Source: Abditibacteriaceae bacterium | GTDB lineage: Bacteria > Armatimonadota > Abditibacteriia > Abditibacteriales > Abditibacteriaceae | Direction: 5' to 3' | DNA length: 59,309 nt | Assembly: GCA_031372065.1 (NCBI GenBank) | Contig: JANMKN010000207.1 | Location: 1 to 59,309, forward strand | Shown: positions 49,927-59,309 of the stretch, piece after piece | Layout of the letters: each line of letters starts with the position of its first letter | Numbering within the stretch: position 1 is the stretch's first letter | The notes under the pieces: model-generated | What the model saw: only the letters and a program-made list of their open reading frames with translations | What the model was told of the DNA's origin: nothing | Databases searched by the model: none | Translations under genes and position numbers: made by a program

Positions 49927-50937
49927 ATGGCACGACCTGTAACATTATTCACAGGACAATGGGCGGATTTGCCGCTGTCGGAACTGGCGCCACGCGCTAA
50001 AGAGATGGGTTTTGATGGTTTAGAACTGGCTTGCTGGGGCGATCACCTTGATGTGCAAAAGGCCGCCGCTGACAAGAATTATTGCGAAGCGCAGAAGAAA
50101 ATTCTCGCCGATAATGGCTTGCAGTTGTTTGCGATTTCCAATCACCTCGCCGGTCAAGCCGTTTGCGACAAAATTGATGAGCGCCATAAGGCGATTTTGC
50201 CACCGCACGTTTGGGGCGATGGCGATCCGGCAGGCGTCAATCAGCGCGCCGCCGATGAAATGAAAACCACCGCCCGCGCCGCCGCCAATTTGGGCCTCAA
50301 AGTCGTCAACGGCTTTACTGGTTCTTCGATTTGGCCTTACATTTACTCGTTCCCGCCGGTGCCGCCCGCGTGGATTGACAAAGGATTTGAAGATTTCGCT
50401 GCCGCGTGGAATCCGATTTTGGATGTTTTCGACGAAGTTGGCGTGAAGTTCGCGCTCGAAGTGCATCCCACGGAAATCGCGTTTGACATTGTAACTGCCG
50501 AACGCGCTTTAGAGGCTCTGGGACGCCGCGAGGCCTTTGGTTTCAACTACGATCCCTCGCATTTTGGCTATCAGCACGTCGCTTATGTGGATTTTATTCG
50601 CGAGTTCAAAGACCGCATTTATCACGTTCACATGAAGGACGTTTATTGGAGCAGCACACCACAACGCAGCGGCGTTTTTGGCGGCCACTTGAACTTCGGC
50701 GATTACCGTCGCTACTGGGATTTCCGCTCACTCGGACACGGCGACATTAATTTCGAGGAAATTATTCGCGCCTTGAATTCCATCAACTACGACGGCCCGC
50801 TGTCGATTGAATGGGAAGATTCCGGCATGGATCGCTTCCACGGCGCCAAAGAAGCCTGCGCTTTCACCAAAAATGCCGATTTCAAGCCGTCCGAACGCGC
50901 TTTCGATTCGGCCTTCGATAAAGCCGAACAAAACTAA
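49927..50937 (+). CDS. Sugar phosphate isomerase/epimerase family (xylose-isomerase-like TIM barrel)
   Basis: [45 protein letters not shown] metal ligands. Confidence 0.88.
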   Translation: MARPVTLFTGQWADLPLSELAPRAKEMGFDGLELACWGDHLDVQKAAADKNYCEAQKKILADNGLQLFAISNHLAGQAVCDKIDERHKAILPPHVWGDGDPAGVNQRAADEMKTTARAAANLGLKVVNGFTGSSIWPYIYSFPPVPPAWIDKGFEDFAAAWNPILDVFDEVGVKFALEVHPTEIAFDIVTAERALEALGRREAFGFNYDPSHFGYQHVAYVDFIREFKDRIYHVHMKDVYWSSTPQRSGVFGGHLNFGDYRRYWDFRSLGHGDINFEEIIRALNSINYDGPLSIEWEDSGMDRFHGAKEACAFTKNADFKPSERAFDSAFDKAEQN

Positions 50938-50942
50938 AAATA

Positions 50943-51010
50943 GCACGCAAATTACGCAAATAGTCCGAGAAATTTGCGTAATTTTCCGAAGATTTGCGTA
51001 ATTTGCGTGC
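50943..51010. repeat. Intergenic palindrome built from 9-bp ACGCAAATT units
   Basis: GCACGCAAATTACGCAAAT ... ATTTGCGTAATTTGCGTGC with an additional internal atttgcgtaattt copy. Confidence 0.75.
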
Positions 51011-51024
51011 AATTAAAGGAATTT

Positions 51025-51786
51025 ATGTCAAGTTTCAAGCAATGCACGACGTGGTGGCCGCTTTCGAAAGCTCTCAGCGAAGGCGGCGCGTTGGAAAAAA
51101 TCAAGGCGATTGGCATCGAAGGCGTAGAAATGCCACCGCGCGATAAGTTCGATTTGCTACGCGAGGCTGGAATGACCATCGTGACGATTGGCGGGCATCA
51201 ATCGCTCAGTGATGGCCTCAATAAGCGCAGCAATCATCAGCGTATCGCCGACGAAATCGGCAAGAATTTGGAAGTGGCGCAGCAATATGGCATTCCGAAT
51301 TTGATTTGCTTTCCCGGCAATCGTAATGGCCTGAGCGACGAAGAAGGCGCCGAAATCACCATTGAAGGCCTAAAACTGCTGGCGCCGAAGGCCGAAAAAG
51401 CGGGCGTCACGCTGATTATGGAACTGCTGAATTCCAAAGTAGATCACGCCGATTATCAGTGCGATTACACGCCGTGGGGCGTAAAAGTTGTTGAAGCCGT
51501 CAATTCGCCGCGCGTGAAATTGTTGTATGACATTTATCATATGCAAATCATGGAAGGCGACCTCATTCGCACCATCCGTGGCAACATTCAACACATCGCA
51601 CATTTTCATACCGCAGGCAATCCGGGCCGCAAGGATTTGGATTTTGAGCAGGAAATTTATTATCCTGCCGTTGCCAAAGCCATTCATGATACGGGCTATG
51701 ATGGCTGGCTGGGTCACGAATTCGGCCCCAAAGGTGATGCTTTCGCGGCATTGCAGCAAGCCTTTGCCATGTGTAACGTGTCTTGA
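51025..51786 (+). CDS. Hydroxypyruvate isomerase-family TIM-barrel protein
   Basis: MELLNSKVDHADY, KLLYDIYHMQIMEGD, HFHTAGNPGR, GHEF; RBS AAAGGA before ATG 51025. Confidence 0.88.
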   Translation: MSSFKQCTTWWPLSKALSEGGALEKIKAIGIEGVEMPPRDKFDLLREAGMTIVTIGGHQSLSDGLNKRSNHQRIADEIGKNLEVAQQYGIPNLICFPGNRNGLSDEEGAEITIEGLKLLAPKAEKAGVTLIMELLNSKVDHADYQCDYTPWGVKVVEAVNSPRVKLLYDIYHMQIMEGDLIRTIRGNIQHIAHFHTAGNPGRKDLDFEQEIYYPAVAKAIHDTGYDGWLGHEFGPKGDAFAALQQAFAMCNVS

Positions 51787-52021
51787 CAGAAGGCGGCACA
51801 GGCTTTGCAATGATGGGACAAGCGTTGAATTTTAGGTGTTGGATTTGTTGAAAACAGCACTTAACAGACCTTGACTGTTGGCATTTAAGGGCAGACGTGG
51901 TAGTGTGTAGTCTTAGAAGTCCTTTGTTGACGTGCGAAGTTTCACGTTTAACAATGCCGTTCTGTTGTTCTCAAGTTGTTCCCAAGGCCGGACATTCATC
52001 AACCGGAGGAGGTGAATCGAG

Positions 52022-52255
52022 ATGCGTAAACTTATCGTAGGTTTAATGCTGACAGGCGCGATGGTGTTGGGTGCAATGAGCACCCCGGCACAAGCCAAGT
52101 CGGCGGGCGGCGTGTCCCTGGACAATGCAGTAGCCTTCACCCAATCGGCGAATTATATGTCGATCCCCGGCTATGTCCGTTACATGGTTTTCTTGAAAGA
52201 AGGCCGCTGGATGTCACGTCAGGAAGCTGAGCAGTTGGTTGCCAGTGCTCAGTAA
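52022..52255 (+). CDS. Small secreted hypothetical protein (77 aa)
   Basis: Strong RBS GGAGGAGGTG, signal peptide ending AQA, own terminator. Confidence 0.75.
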   Translation: MRKLIVGLMLTGAMVLGAMSTPAQAKSAGGVSLDNAVAFTQSANYMSIPGYVRYMVFLKEGRWMSRQEAEQLVASAQ

Positions 52256-52297
52256 GCCGTTTCAAATCGTTTTCTTTGGTCTTCATCAGGCCTCAGC

Positions 52298-52335
52298 AAA
52301 AACGGAGCTTTCTCATAAAGAAAGCTCCGTTTTTT
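52298..52335 (+). terminator. Intrinsic terminator
   Basis: aaaaacggagctttc...gaaagctccgtttttt. Confidence 0.8.
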
Positions 52336-52512
52336 ATTTAGCCCATAGCTTTTGACTTTGCTTTTAAAGTTGCTTTTTACTTCGCGAAATTTTTTTTCCG
52401 CTAACAAAGATTGTTGTTAAACTTCTGAGCCACTCGCACGTCTTGCCGGACTTGCCTTTGGACACTTGCCCGAATTCGTATTTTGTCGTCTGAAGTTTTC
52501 GTAAGGAGTATT

Positions 52513-55104
52513 GTGATCTTGCCGACGCTCACATCAAAGTTTCATCGCCGCCCGCTGACGCATCGCCGGGCATTTGCCTTCAGAATTGCTGTTCTACTTT
52601 CACCCGGAATCATAGGTTTTGTTATGCCTGCACTTCCCGTGCAAGGCGCGGCAAAAAAGTCCGCAACAGAAAAAACGACCGGAAAAACGACCATTGAATC
52701 TGCAAATTTGGGGACAGGTTCTACGCCCATTGTAATTAACATCAATGGGCGCGTCGTTGAATCCGACCCGCCGCCAATTTTGGAAAAAGGCGCGGTGTTG
52801 GTGCCTTTGCGTGGCGTATTGGAAAACATGGGCGCCAAGGTAGATTACGTCCCCTTAGACCGCCGCATAGAAATTACGCAAAATAGCAAGAAAATCATTT
52901 TGCGCCTTGGCGAAGACACGGCCATTGTAGATTTTGAATCGAAAAAATTAACGGCGGCTCCTAATGCATTTAATGGCACGACGTTTGTGCCGATGCGCTC
53001 TTTAGCCGAAATTTTTGGTTATCGCGTGGCGTGGCTACCGCCACAACGCACCGTTTCGATTATTAACGAAGGGCCTGCTCCTTTGCCAGTCGAACACCAA
53101 GCCGCTTTAAAGCGTGCTGGCGCGTTTGGGGTGGGCCTTGATTTTACCGATGCCACAACAGATGATGTAAAAACTTTGTTGGACGCTGCAAAAAATTCTG
53201 GTGCAGGTTTCATAAAGTTGCGCTTCAATTGGAACGTGCTGGAGCCAAACAAAGGCGACGCTTTTCAATGGCCGATTTACGATAGCATCGTCAAAGAAGC
53301 GCGAAACCGCAATTTAGCAGTGGTTGGCGTGCTGGGCAACAGCGCGCGTTGGGCTTCCACTCTTTCTTCGTCCAGTGATTTGTTTGCGGCCTGCAATGCG
53401 CCGCCGCGTGAAAGCGAATTGCCGACGTGGCAAAACTTTGTGCGCCGCACGGTAGGGCGTTACAGGCAGGATGTTCATGCGTGGCAAATCTGGGCCAATC
53501 CGTCGTCTTCTAATTTTCGTTCTTCAGCGCGTAATTATCGTATTGTGGTGCGCGCTGGGGCTGATGCTGCGCGAGAATCTGACCCGAAAGCGATTCTTTT
53601 TGCCTCGGAGCCGGGCGGAGTAAATTTGGATTTCGTGGAAAGTTTAAAATCCAACGGCCTGACAGCGCGTATAAGTGGCGTGACGTTATATCCGCTTTCG
53701 CAATGGCAACCGGGTGTGCCGGCGCGCCCCGAAGAATTTCTGTTGCCTGCCGCGACTTTGCGGCGCCGCTTGGCACCTTTGGGGCCGGAAGGTAACGATT
53801 TTTGGGTTGGCGGGTTGTCGCGACCCGCACTGGAAGCGGCTGATTTACAAGCCAATGGTCCCACTGCCGATGCTGGCCCTATGTCGGCGGCGATGGACGC
53901 TGCCACTCGTGAGCGTCTGCTACGCGATTTTACGCCGCAAGCACAAGCCGACTATTTAATGCGTTCTGGTGTGCTTTCCTTGGCTTCAGGCAGTGATAAA
54001 GTGGTCTGGGAAGCGTTGCGCGATAATGCGATGTATGAAAATGTGCAACCGATCAATCCAGAGCGCAGCAGCGGGCTGCTTAAGCGTGACAATTCGCCGC
54101 GTCCAGCGTTTGACGCGTTCGCCACTATGACGAAATTGTTGACCGGCATGAATTATGTCGGCGCGCTCACGCTTGGCCCCAATGCCATTGGTCTGGTCTT
54201 TACCGACAAGAAAACCACGCACGTTGCGGCATGGCCGCTCAACGGCAAAATGACTATCGCCGTGAATCACGAAGGCGTTGACCCCAAACTGCCGAATTCT
54301 ATTTTTATGCCGTCGTTGCCTTCGACAAAAATCTTGGATGCGACTGGCAAAGAATTATTTGGCGACCAAGGCACATTCACTGTAGAGAACCGCCCGGTGT
54401 GGATTTCAAATGTCGGCTTTGAAGTGCCGGGCATGGTCAAGGAAAAGGCAGGCGAATCTCAGTTTTTGCTGGTGCAGTTCGACAATAAAGGTGGCGCGCA
54501 GACAAATTTCGCCGAGGGCGTGCAGGCGCTTTTTTCGGCAGTAAATGGCGCCGAATCCACCAAAGGCAGCGAAGCGGGCATTGAATGGCGCAAATTTGCC
54601 TCGTTTCGTGGCGCCGCGCAACCCGCTCAAGATCGCGACGGGCGTTGGGGGTTGCGCACCGAATTTTCGCGCGACATTTGGAATCCGGCGGCGGCCAAGC
54701 CTTTCATTTATCTGGATATAGATGACAATTACCTGTTCTTCTCGCGCGGCGTGCCAGTGCGTGTGACTGTGGAAGTGCATAAGGCGGGGGCATTAGGTAG
54801 TCCAGTGGCACCGAATGTAGCTGGTTTTTCCCTTGAATACGATTCTGTAGACGGCCCCAGACGCACGGTATGGCAAGATGTCGAACCGGGCGAAGGGTGG
54901 ACAACTTATAGCTTCGATTTGCCGAACGCTTCTTTTTCCAATCGTGGCGGTTTCGATTTGCTCATCAATTCGTGGGGCGCCAAGCAAGACCTGCTCTTTG
55001 GTGGGGTTAAAGTGCAGCGTATGGATAAAGAAGTCGGCACCGCTCCGGTGACAACGGCAGCAGTGCCGTCACCTGCGGGAACGCCCTTGCCTACCATACA
55101 GTAA
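52513..55104 (+). CDS. Secreted protein: copper-amine-oxidase N-terminal (stalk) domain + GH39-like TIM barrel lacking catalytic Glu + beta-sandwich
   Basis: PPILEKGAVLVPLRGVLENMGAKV...GTTFVPMRSLAEIFGYRVAW; FNWNVLEP; WQIWANP; GLLKRDNSPRPAF; RBS AAGGAG before GTG 52513. Confidence 0.8.
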   Translation: MILPTLTSKFHRRPLTHRRAFAFRIAVLLSPGIIGFVMPALPVQGAAKKSATEKTTGKTTIESANLGTGSTPIVININGRVVESDPPPILEKGAVLVPLRGVLENMGAKVDYVPLDRRIEITQNSKKIILRLGEDTAIVDFESKKLTAAPNAFNGTTFVPMRSLAEIFGYRVAWLPPQRTVSIINEGPAPLPVEHQAALKRAGAFGVGLDFTDATTDDVKTLLDAAKNSGAGFIKLRFNWNVLEPNKGDAFQWPIYDSIVKEARNRNLAVVGVLGNSARWASTLSSSSDLFAACNAPPRESELPTWQNFVRRTVGRYRQDVHAWQIWANPSSSNFRSSARNYRIVVRAGADAARESDPKAILFASEPGGVNLDFVESLKSNGLTARISGVTLYPLSQWQPGVPARPEEFLLPAATLRRRLAPLGPEGNDFWVGGLSRPALEAADLQANGPTADAGPMSAAMDAATRERLLRDFTPQAQADYLMRSGVLSLASGSDKVVWEALRDNAMYENVQPINPERSSGLLKRDNSPRPAFDAFATMTKLLTGMNYVGALTLGPNAIGLVFTDKKTTHVAAWPLNGKMTIAVNHEGVDPKLPNSIFMPSLPSTKILDATGKELFGDQGTFTVENRPVWISNVGFEVPGMVKEKAGESQFLLVQFDNKGGAQTNFAEGVQALFSAVNGAESTKGSEAGIEWRKFASFRGAAQPAQDRDGRWGLRTEFSRDIWNPAAAKPFIYLDIDDNYLFFSRGVPVRVTVEVHKAGALGSPVAPNVAGFSLEYDSVDGPRRTVWQDVEPGEGWTTYSFDLPNASFSNRGGFDLLINSWGAKQDLLFGGVKVQRMDKEVGTAPVTTAAVPSPAGTPLPTIQ

Positions 55105-55336
55105 TTTTCACAACAGAGAATTAAAAAATTGTGAAAAAGCGGGCAGTTTCGGCATTATATCTGCACAAGAGCGGTGCCAGTAAATTGTGTGTTACACACG
55201 ATTTGGCATAGTTTTATGCTGCAAAGCAAGAGAGATTTGCGCTTGTGTCTTGCACTGAAAATTCGATAACGGTGATGCGATAGGCAGTCATTAGAAAATG
55301 GCCTTATGAAAAATCTTTTATTAAACGCTCTGATGC

Positions 55337-55366
55337 TTGTCAACTGAGCAATAAAGGGGTTATAAT
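55337..55366 (+). promoter_or_regulatory. sigma70-type promoter candidate far upstream of the SLH-porin gene
   Basis: TTGTCA-18 bp-TATAAT. Confidence 0.45.
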
Positions 55367-55999
55367 AGGGCCAGAGTAACTGTTGTAGAGGATGAGAAGA
55401 AAATTTCATCCACGTTGAGTTGCCCTTGAAAATTTCATATTGCTGAAAGTTGAATGTTCAATTCGCAGTTGTAGAGAGAACATCAAATCGCAAGCGGTGT
55501 CCCAAAATCAGGTTTTTCCTGATATTTTCCCGCTGCGAAAAATTTAACTTTGGTGATGCGATATGAATTTTTAAGAATCAATAACGCGACTACGCAAACG
55601 CGGCTACGCAGCACTTTTGTCGTAATTGACGTATTGGCTGGAATTGAGTGGGAATCAGAGCCGGAACAGAGCCACTTGTGATAGATGAGTTTGGTTGGGC
55701 AGAGGAAACATGGAGACTCGCGCCCTTTTTGCCGAACAGTCTGCAATGAAACGCCCTGTTGTTGGTGACAAATTCACTCTCTCCCTTCAGCCACTTTTGT
55801 CGTAAGGCAATGCCTTTTGGTGATTGCCATTGGCGTTGAAGCCGCACTCTCAACGCTTGACGCACTAAATCGTTCAGAAATCAAATAACTTGAACGGTTT
55901 TCGCCGGTGGAATTAACCCTGAAAATTTCACAGGCACAACGTGGCATAGTGAACGCCGAAAACTTTCCGACGGCGCGTCACAAAGGAAACAAGGAGAAA

Positions 56000-58009
56000 A
56001 TGGAAATGAAGCGTAAAGCTATTGGAGTCTTAGTTGCCCTCGCGGCGACTGCTCCGGCGATTGTAGCGCCGAAGCTTGTGGCTCCGGCTCAGGCACAGGC
56101 CCCGGCGGAATACCCGGATGTGCCTCGTGGTCACTGGGCTTATGAAGCCATCAACAAGCTCAGCCAGGCTGGCATCCTCGAAGGTATGCCGGATGGCACC
56201 TACATGGGCAACAAAGCGATGACTCGCTACGAATTTGCGGTCGCCATCGCCCGTCTGTTGCAGAAAATCCCAACCGCAGTTGGGGGTGGCACGGGCGAAC
56301 GTGGCGCGACTGGTGCGACTGGCGCTCAAGGCGTTCCCGGTCCACAAGGTCAACAAGGTCCTCGTGGCGAACAAGGCGTTCCCGGCCCGCTGTTGCCGGA
56401 CTTGGTTCGTCAAGGTGACATCAAAGATTTCATCAAGCGCGCCGAAGTCAACGACTTGATTGCAGCGCTCCGCAATGAATTCTCGAAGGAACTGGAACGT
56501 CTTGGTGTGCGCGTGACCGATTTGGAAGGTCGTGTGACGGTGTTGGAAAACAGGAAAATTCCACCGCCCAAATTCACCTCGACGATGGGCTTGTTGTATC
56601 GCACCGGCACCAACGCCGCGATCAACTCGACCATCGCAACTCCGCCGGGTGCTCCTGCGGGATTTGGACCGGGTCGTCAAGTTGTGAATGCGAACAACGC
56701 TGCTGCTGGTGCGACCCCGGTTATCATTCCAGGCCGCGCCTATCCGAGCCGCAAACAGCGCATTGACAACACGAAGTTTTCTTATACCGACTTCGAGTTG
56801 CGTATGACGGATCGCATTTCTGACCGTTTGAGTGCTTCGGCAGCTCTGCGTTCGTTGGGCAATACGCAGGAAGATCCGTGGGCTGGCGAAACCGGTGGCG
56901 GACTGTATTTGCGTGAAGCGTATGGCGTGGCTGATTTGAGCGACAAGAATACGTTCATTGTCAAAAACCTGTCAGCGATTGTGGGACGTCACCACACCAA
57001 GATCGCACAGGGTTTGATGTATGACAACGACCTGTCTCCTACCGATCAGGCTCACTTCATGGGCAGCATTGGCCCCGTCAATGTTAGTGGCTTCATTGGT
57101 GCCAGCGATGGCAGTGCTGTTGGCAACATCTTTAACGGTTTGAACACTGGCACAGCCAACTACAATCCGTATCTGGACGGCGGCGCGGTTGCTTATTTGA
57201 GCGGCGGGGTTGCTGTGCCCGCTGGTGCTACTCCCGGTGCGTCGCTGGGTTCTGTTGTTGGTATTCCAGTCAATCCAGGCTTGGGCACCAGCTTTGGCAC
57301 CGAAAGCAACGAATCTGCGGCTCGCATTAGCGCCAACATCTTCAAGTTGAGCGGCAAGCCGGTTATGGTTGGCGCCAGCAAGTTATTTGGTGGTGTGCGG
57401 AGTCAGGAAGGTTACAGCTTCGATGTCACGGTTCCCTTGTTCAAGCGCACCGTTGGCTTTGAATATGTGACACAACAGCGTTACTTCGGCGGCGCCAAGA
57501 CGCCCGGTAGCCCGAATGCGTATAACATCACGGTGCCTGTATTGAAGACCAAGATCATTGATTTGGACTTCGCTTATGGCAAAGCCGACACGACGTATGA
57601 AAACTTTGTGTCGTCGGCTGCTAACCCTTATGCCCGCACCTACGGCGAAGCCATCTTCGACCGCCCGCTGGCTTTGGGCGCTCCGCTGATAAACGGCAAC
57701 AATACGGGCGGCGCCGCTGGCGTTCCTCAGTATATGGCCGCCAAGCAAGCATTCGACATCAGTGGCACGCTTCGTGTGCCGATTTCGTTCATGCGCCGCA
57801 CGCCGATTGACTTCCGTTACTATTCGGCTCGTGGACGCGCTCCTGTTGCCGGTGCTAACAATGTTGACCTCGGCGATGTGTGGACAGTTGGCTCCACGTT
57901 CAATGTAACTTCTGGTCTCGATTTCGAGGTTAAGTATGGTTACTACAACGTGCCCGGCCCGACCAGGGGTATCAACTACTTGCGCCTCGGCGCCAATGTC
58001 AACTTCTAA
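56000..58009 (+). CDS. OmpM/SlpA-like outer-membrane tether: SLH + collagen-like + coiled coil + beta-barrel
   Basis: Signal ending AQA; YPDVPRGHWAYEAI...GILEGMPDGTYMG..MTRYEFAVAIAR (SLH); 12 Gly-X-Y triplets; EFSKELERLGVRVTDLEGRVTVLE; ends YLRLGANVNF (beta-signal). Confidence 0.85.
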   Translation: MEMKRKAIGVLVALAATAPAIVAPKLVAPAQAQAPAEYPDVPRGHWAYEAINKLSQAGILEGMPDGTYMGNKAMTRYEFAVAIARLLQKIPTAVGGGTGERGATGATGAQGVPGPQGQQGPRGEQGVPGPLLPDLVRQGDIKDFIKRAEVNDLIAALRNEFSKELERLGVRVTDLEGRVTVLENRKIPPPKFTSTMGLLYRTGTNAAINSTIATPPGAPAGFGPGRQVVNANNAAAGATPVIIPGRAYPSRKQRIDNTKFSYTDFELRMTDRISDRLSASAALRSLGNTQEDPWAGETGGGLYLREAYGVADLSDKNTFIVKNLSAIVGRHHTKIAQGLMYDNDLSPTDQAHFMGSIGPVNVSGFIGASDGSAVGNIFNGLNTGTANYNPYLDGGAVAYLSGGVAVPAGATPGASLGSVVGIPVNPGLGTSFGTESNESAARISANIFKLSGKPVMVGASKLFGGVRSQEGYSFDVTVPLFKRTVGFEYVTQQRYFGGAKTPGSPNAYNITVPVLKTKIIDLDFAYGKADTTYENFVSSAANPYARTYGEAIFDRPLALGAPLINGNNTGGAAGVPQYMAAKQAFDISGTLRVPISFMRRTPIDFRYYSARGRAPVAGANNVDLGDVWTVGSTFNVTSGLDFEVKYGYYNVPGPTRGINYLRLGANVNF

Positions 58010-58044
58010 AAAGTGACGTTGGTTTCCAACAGTAAGTTGAGAAG

Positions 58045-58093
58045 CAAAAACAACAACCCCGCTGCGAAGTTCGCAGCGGGGTTGTTGTTTTTG
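58045..58093 (+). terminator. Strong intrinsic terminator
   Basis: caaaaacaacaaccccgctgcgaa-g-ttcgcagcggggttgttgtttttg. Confidence 0.88.
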
Positions 58094-58163
58094 TCGTGAA
58101 ATTCCGCCTGTTTTCAGCCATAAACTTTGCCATACTGCAAACACGACAGCGAGGGAGACAAAA

Positions 58164-59159
58164 ATGCAGCCAAAGAAGCCAAATAACACAATCTGGATTG
58201 TGCTGGGCATATTGATAGTTTTGGGCGTAGGCGGTTTGGGAGTTGCGGGTATTGTTATGTCTATGCGAGGCGGCGCGGTAGGCGGGCGCATAGGCATCGT
58301 CGAATATTCTGGCGTTATTACCGACGAAGGCACCGCTTCGGTTTTGGGCATTACGCGTGGCGGCGCGCGAAGCTTTATCAAAGACCTTGAACGCGCCGGG
58401 CGTGATGACAGCATCAAAGCGGTGGTGATTCGCCTCAATTCGCCCGGCGGTTCGCCTGCTGCGTCGCAGGAGATGTATCAAGCGATCTTACGATTGCGCA
58501 AAGAAAAGCCAGTTATTTGCTCCATTGGCGATGTAGCGGCATCAGGCGGTTATTATACGGCGGCGGCGTGTGAAAAAATTTACGCGAGTTCTTCATCTAT
58601 TACCGGCTCAATTGGCGTGATTTCGCAAAATCTCAATATCGCTGGTTTGCTGAGTCGCTACGGCGTAAAAGATGGCACGCAAAAATCGGGGCGCTACAAA
58701 GATATGGGCAATATGTTTAGCCCGCCCGATCCGGCGCATATTCAATATGAGCAAGTGCTGATTCAAAATATTTACAATCAATTTGTCAACGATGTGGCGG
58801 CAGGTCGCAAAGCGAAATTAACGCGTGCGCAAGTGGTGAAATTGGCCGATGGCCGCGTTTATACGGGCGAACAGGCCAAGAAAAACGGTTTGATTGATGA
58901 ACTTGGCGGTTTTCACGAAGCGATTGAAGCGGCGGGCAAGTTGGCAATGTTAAAAAGTTCGCCGCCGCCAACGACAAATCTCAGCGAAGGCAGCTTGTTT
59001 GGCAAGTTGGATGGTGGAACTTCGCGCAACGCGCTGAGTGATGCCAGTCTGCGTCTCGGCAATGCTTTTGCGGCCACGGCGGGACAGGCTTTTGCAGAAA
59101 CTTTAGTTGAACGCTTGAAAGCCGAAGGTCAAACCCAAGCCGCGCCCCAGTTACGCTAA
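58164..59159 (+). CDS. sppA: Signal peptide peptidase SppA (S49, short form)
   Basis: N-terminal TM; RLNSPGGS, AASGGYY, TGSIGV, SGRYKD, DGRVYTGEQA...GLIDELG. Confidence 0.93.
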   Translation: MQPKKPNNTIWIVLGILIVLGVGGLGVAGIVMSMRGGAVGGRIGIVEYSGVITDEGTASVLGITRGGARSFIKDLERAGRDDSIKAVVIRLNSPGGSPAASQEMYQAILRLRKEKPVICSIGDVAASGGYYTAAACEKIYASSSSITGSIGVISQNLNIAGLLSRYGVKDGTQKSGRYKDMGNMFSPPDPAHIQYEQVLIQNIYNQFVNDVAAGRKAKLTRAQVVKLADGRVYTGEQAKKNGLIDELGGFHEAIEAAGKLAMLKSSPPPTTNLSEGSLFGKLDGGTSRNALSDASLRLGNAFAATAGQAFAETLVERLKAEGQTQAAPQLR

Positions 59160-59170
59160 ATAGTGTTTAA

Positions 59171-59309
59171 CCCTCACCCCCGGCCCCTCTCCCAATTCGC
59201 TACGCGGGAGAGGGGAGATTGAAGAAAAAAGCCTCTGCTCGTTTGAAATTATTCGGAGCTATAGCGCTGAGACACCCCTCTCCCGCGTAGCGAATTGGGA
59301 GAGGGGCCG
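59171..59309. repeat. Inverted pair of REP-like palindromes (second copy truncated by window end)
   Basis: ccctcacccccggcccctctcccaattcgctacgcgggagagggg (59171-59215); 59275-59309 is the exact reverse complement of its last 35 bp. Confidence 0.8.

Noticed and set aside
55155..55865. Short minus-strand ORFs in the SLH-porin leader
   Set aside because: No motifs or RBS; atypical composition.

Overview
A 59.3-kb bacterial chromosomal segment with about 29 credible CDSs, mostly at moderate-to-high GC. Gene content (SLH-porin outer-membrane tether, copper-amine-oxidase-N proteins, giant Calx-beta proteins) suggests a diderm Terrabacteria lineage such as Armatimonadota/Abditibacteriota; this is inference only. 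From left to right: a 3'-truncated TrmH methyltransferase missed by the ORF track; a sugar ABC binding protein, permease and GtaA-like enzyme; an isolated lutA; a sulfite/nitrite reductase and a hypothetical partner; an accessory block (about 10.0-14.5 kb); secreted GH-A and sialidase-like enzymes; pfkA; a metallophosphoesterase; a 12 x 21-bp tandem array; ftsH-tilS; a roughly 22-kb cluster of giant secreted proteins; a HAL2-type nucleotidase; a LysM/NlpC-P60 hydrolase; two TIM-barrel isomerases; a GH-A protein lacking both catalytic glutamates; an OmpM-like SLH/collagen/beta-barrel protein; and sppA. The accessory block holds a 7 x 41-bp palindromic array in front of a helical+FN3-like protein, then a low-GC receiver/Zn-ribbon/kinase gene and a receiver/STAND-like ATPase gene. 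The giant-protein cluster holds a metzincin peptidase with an apparently separately encoded pro-region and two Calx-beta-type repeat proteins sharing a C-terminal domain. I recognised no rRNA, tRNA, transposase, integrase or true CRISPR array. The best candidate for an undescribed system is the 41-bp array plus its downstream gene. All family assignments come from motif recognition by eye, with no database searches.
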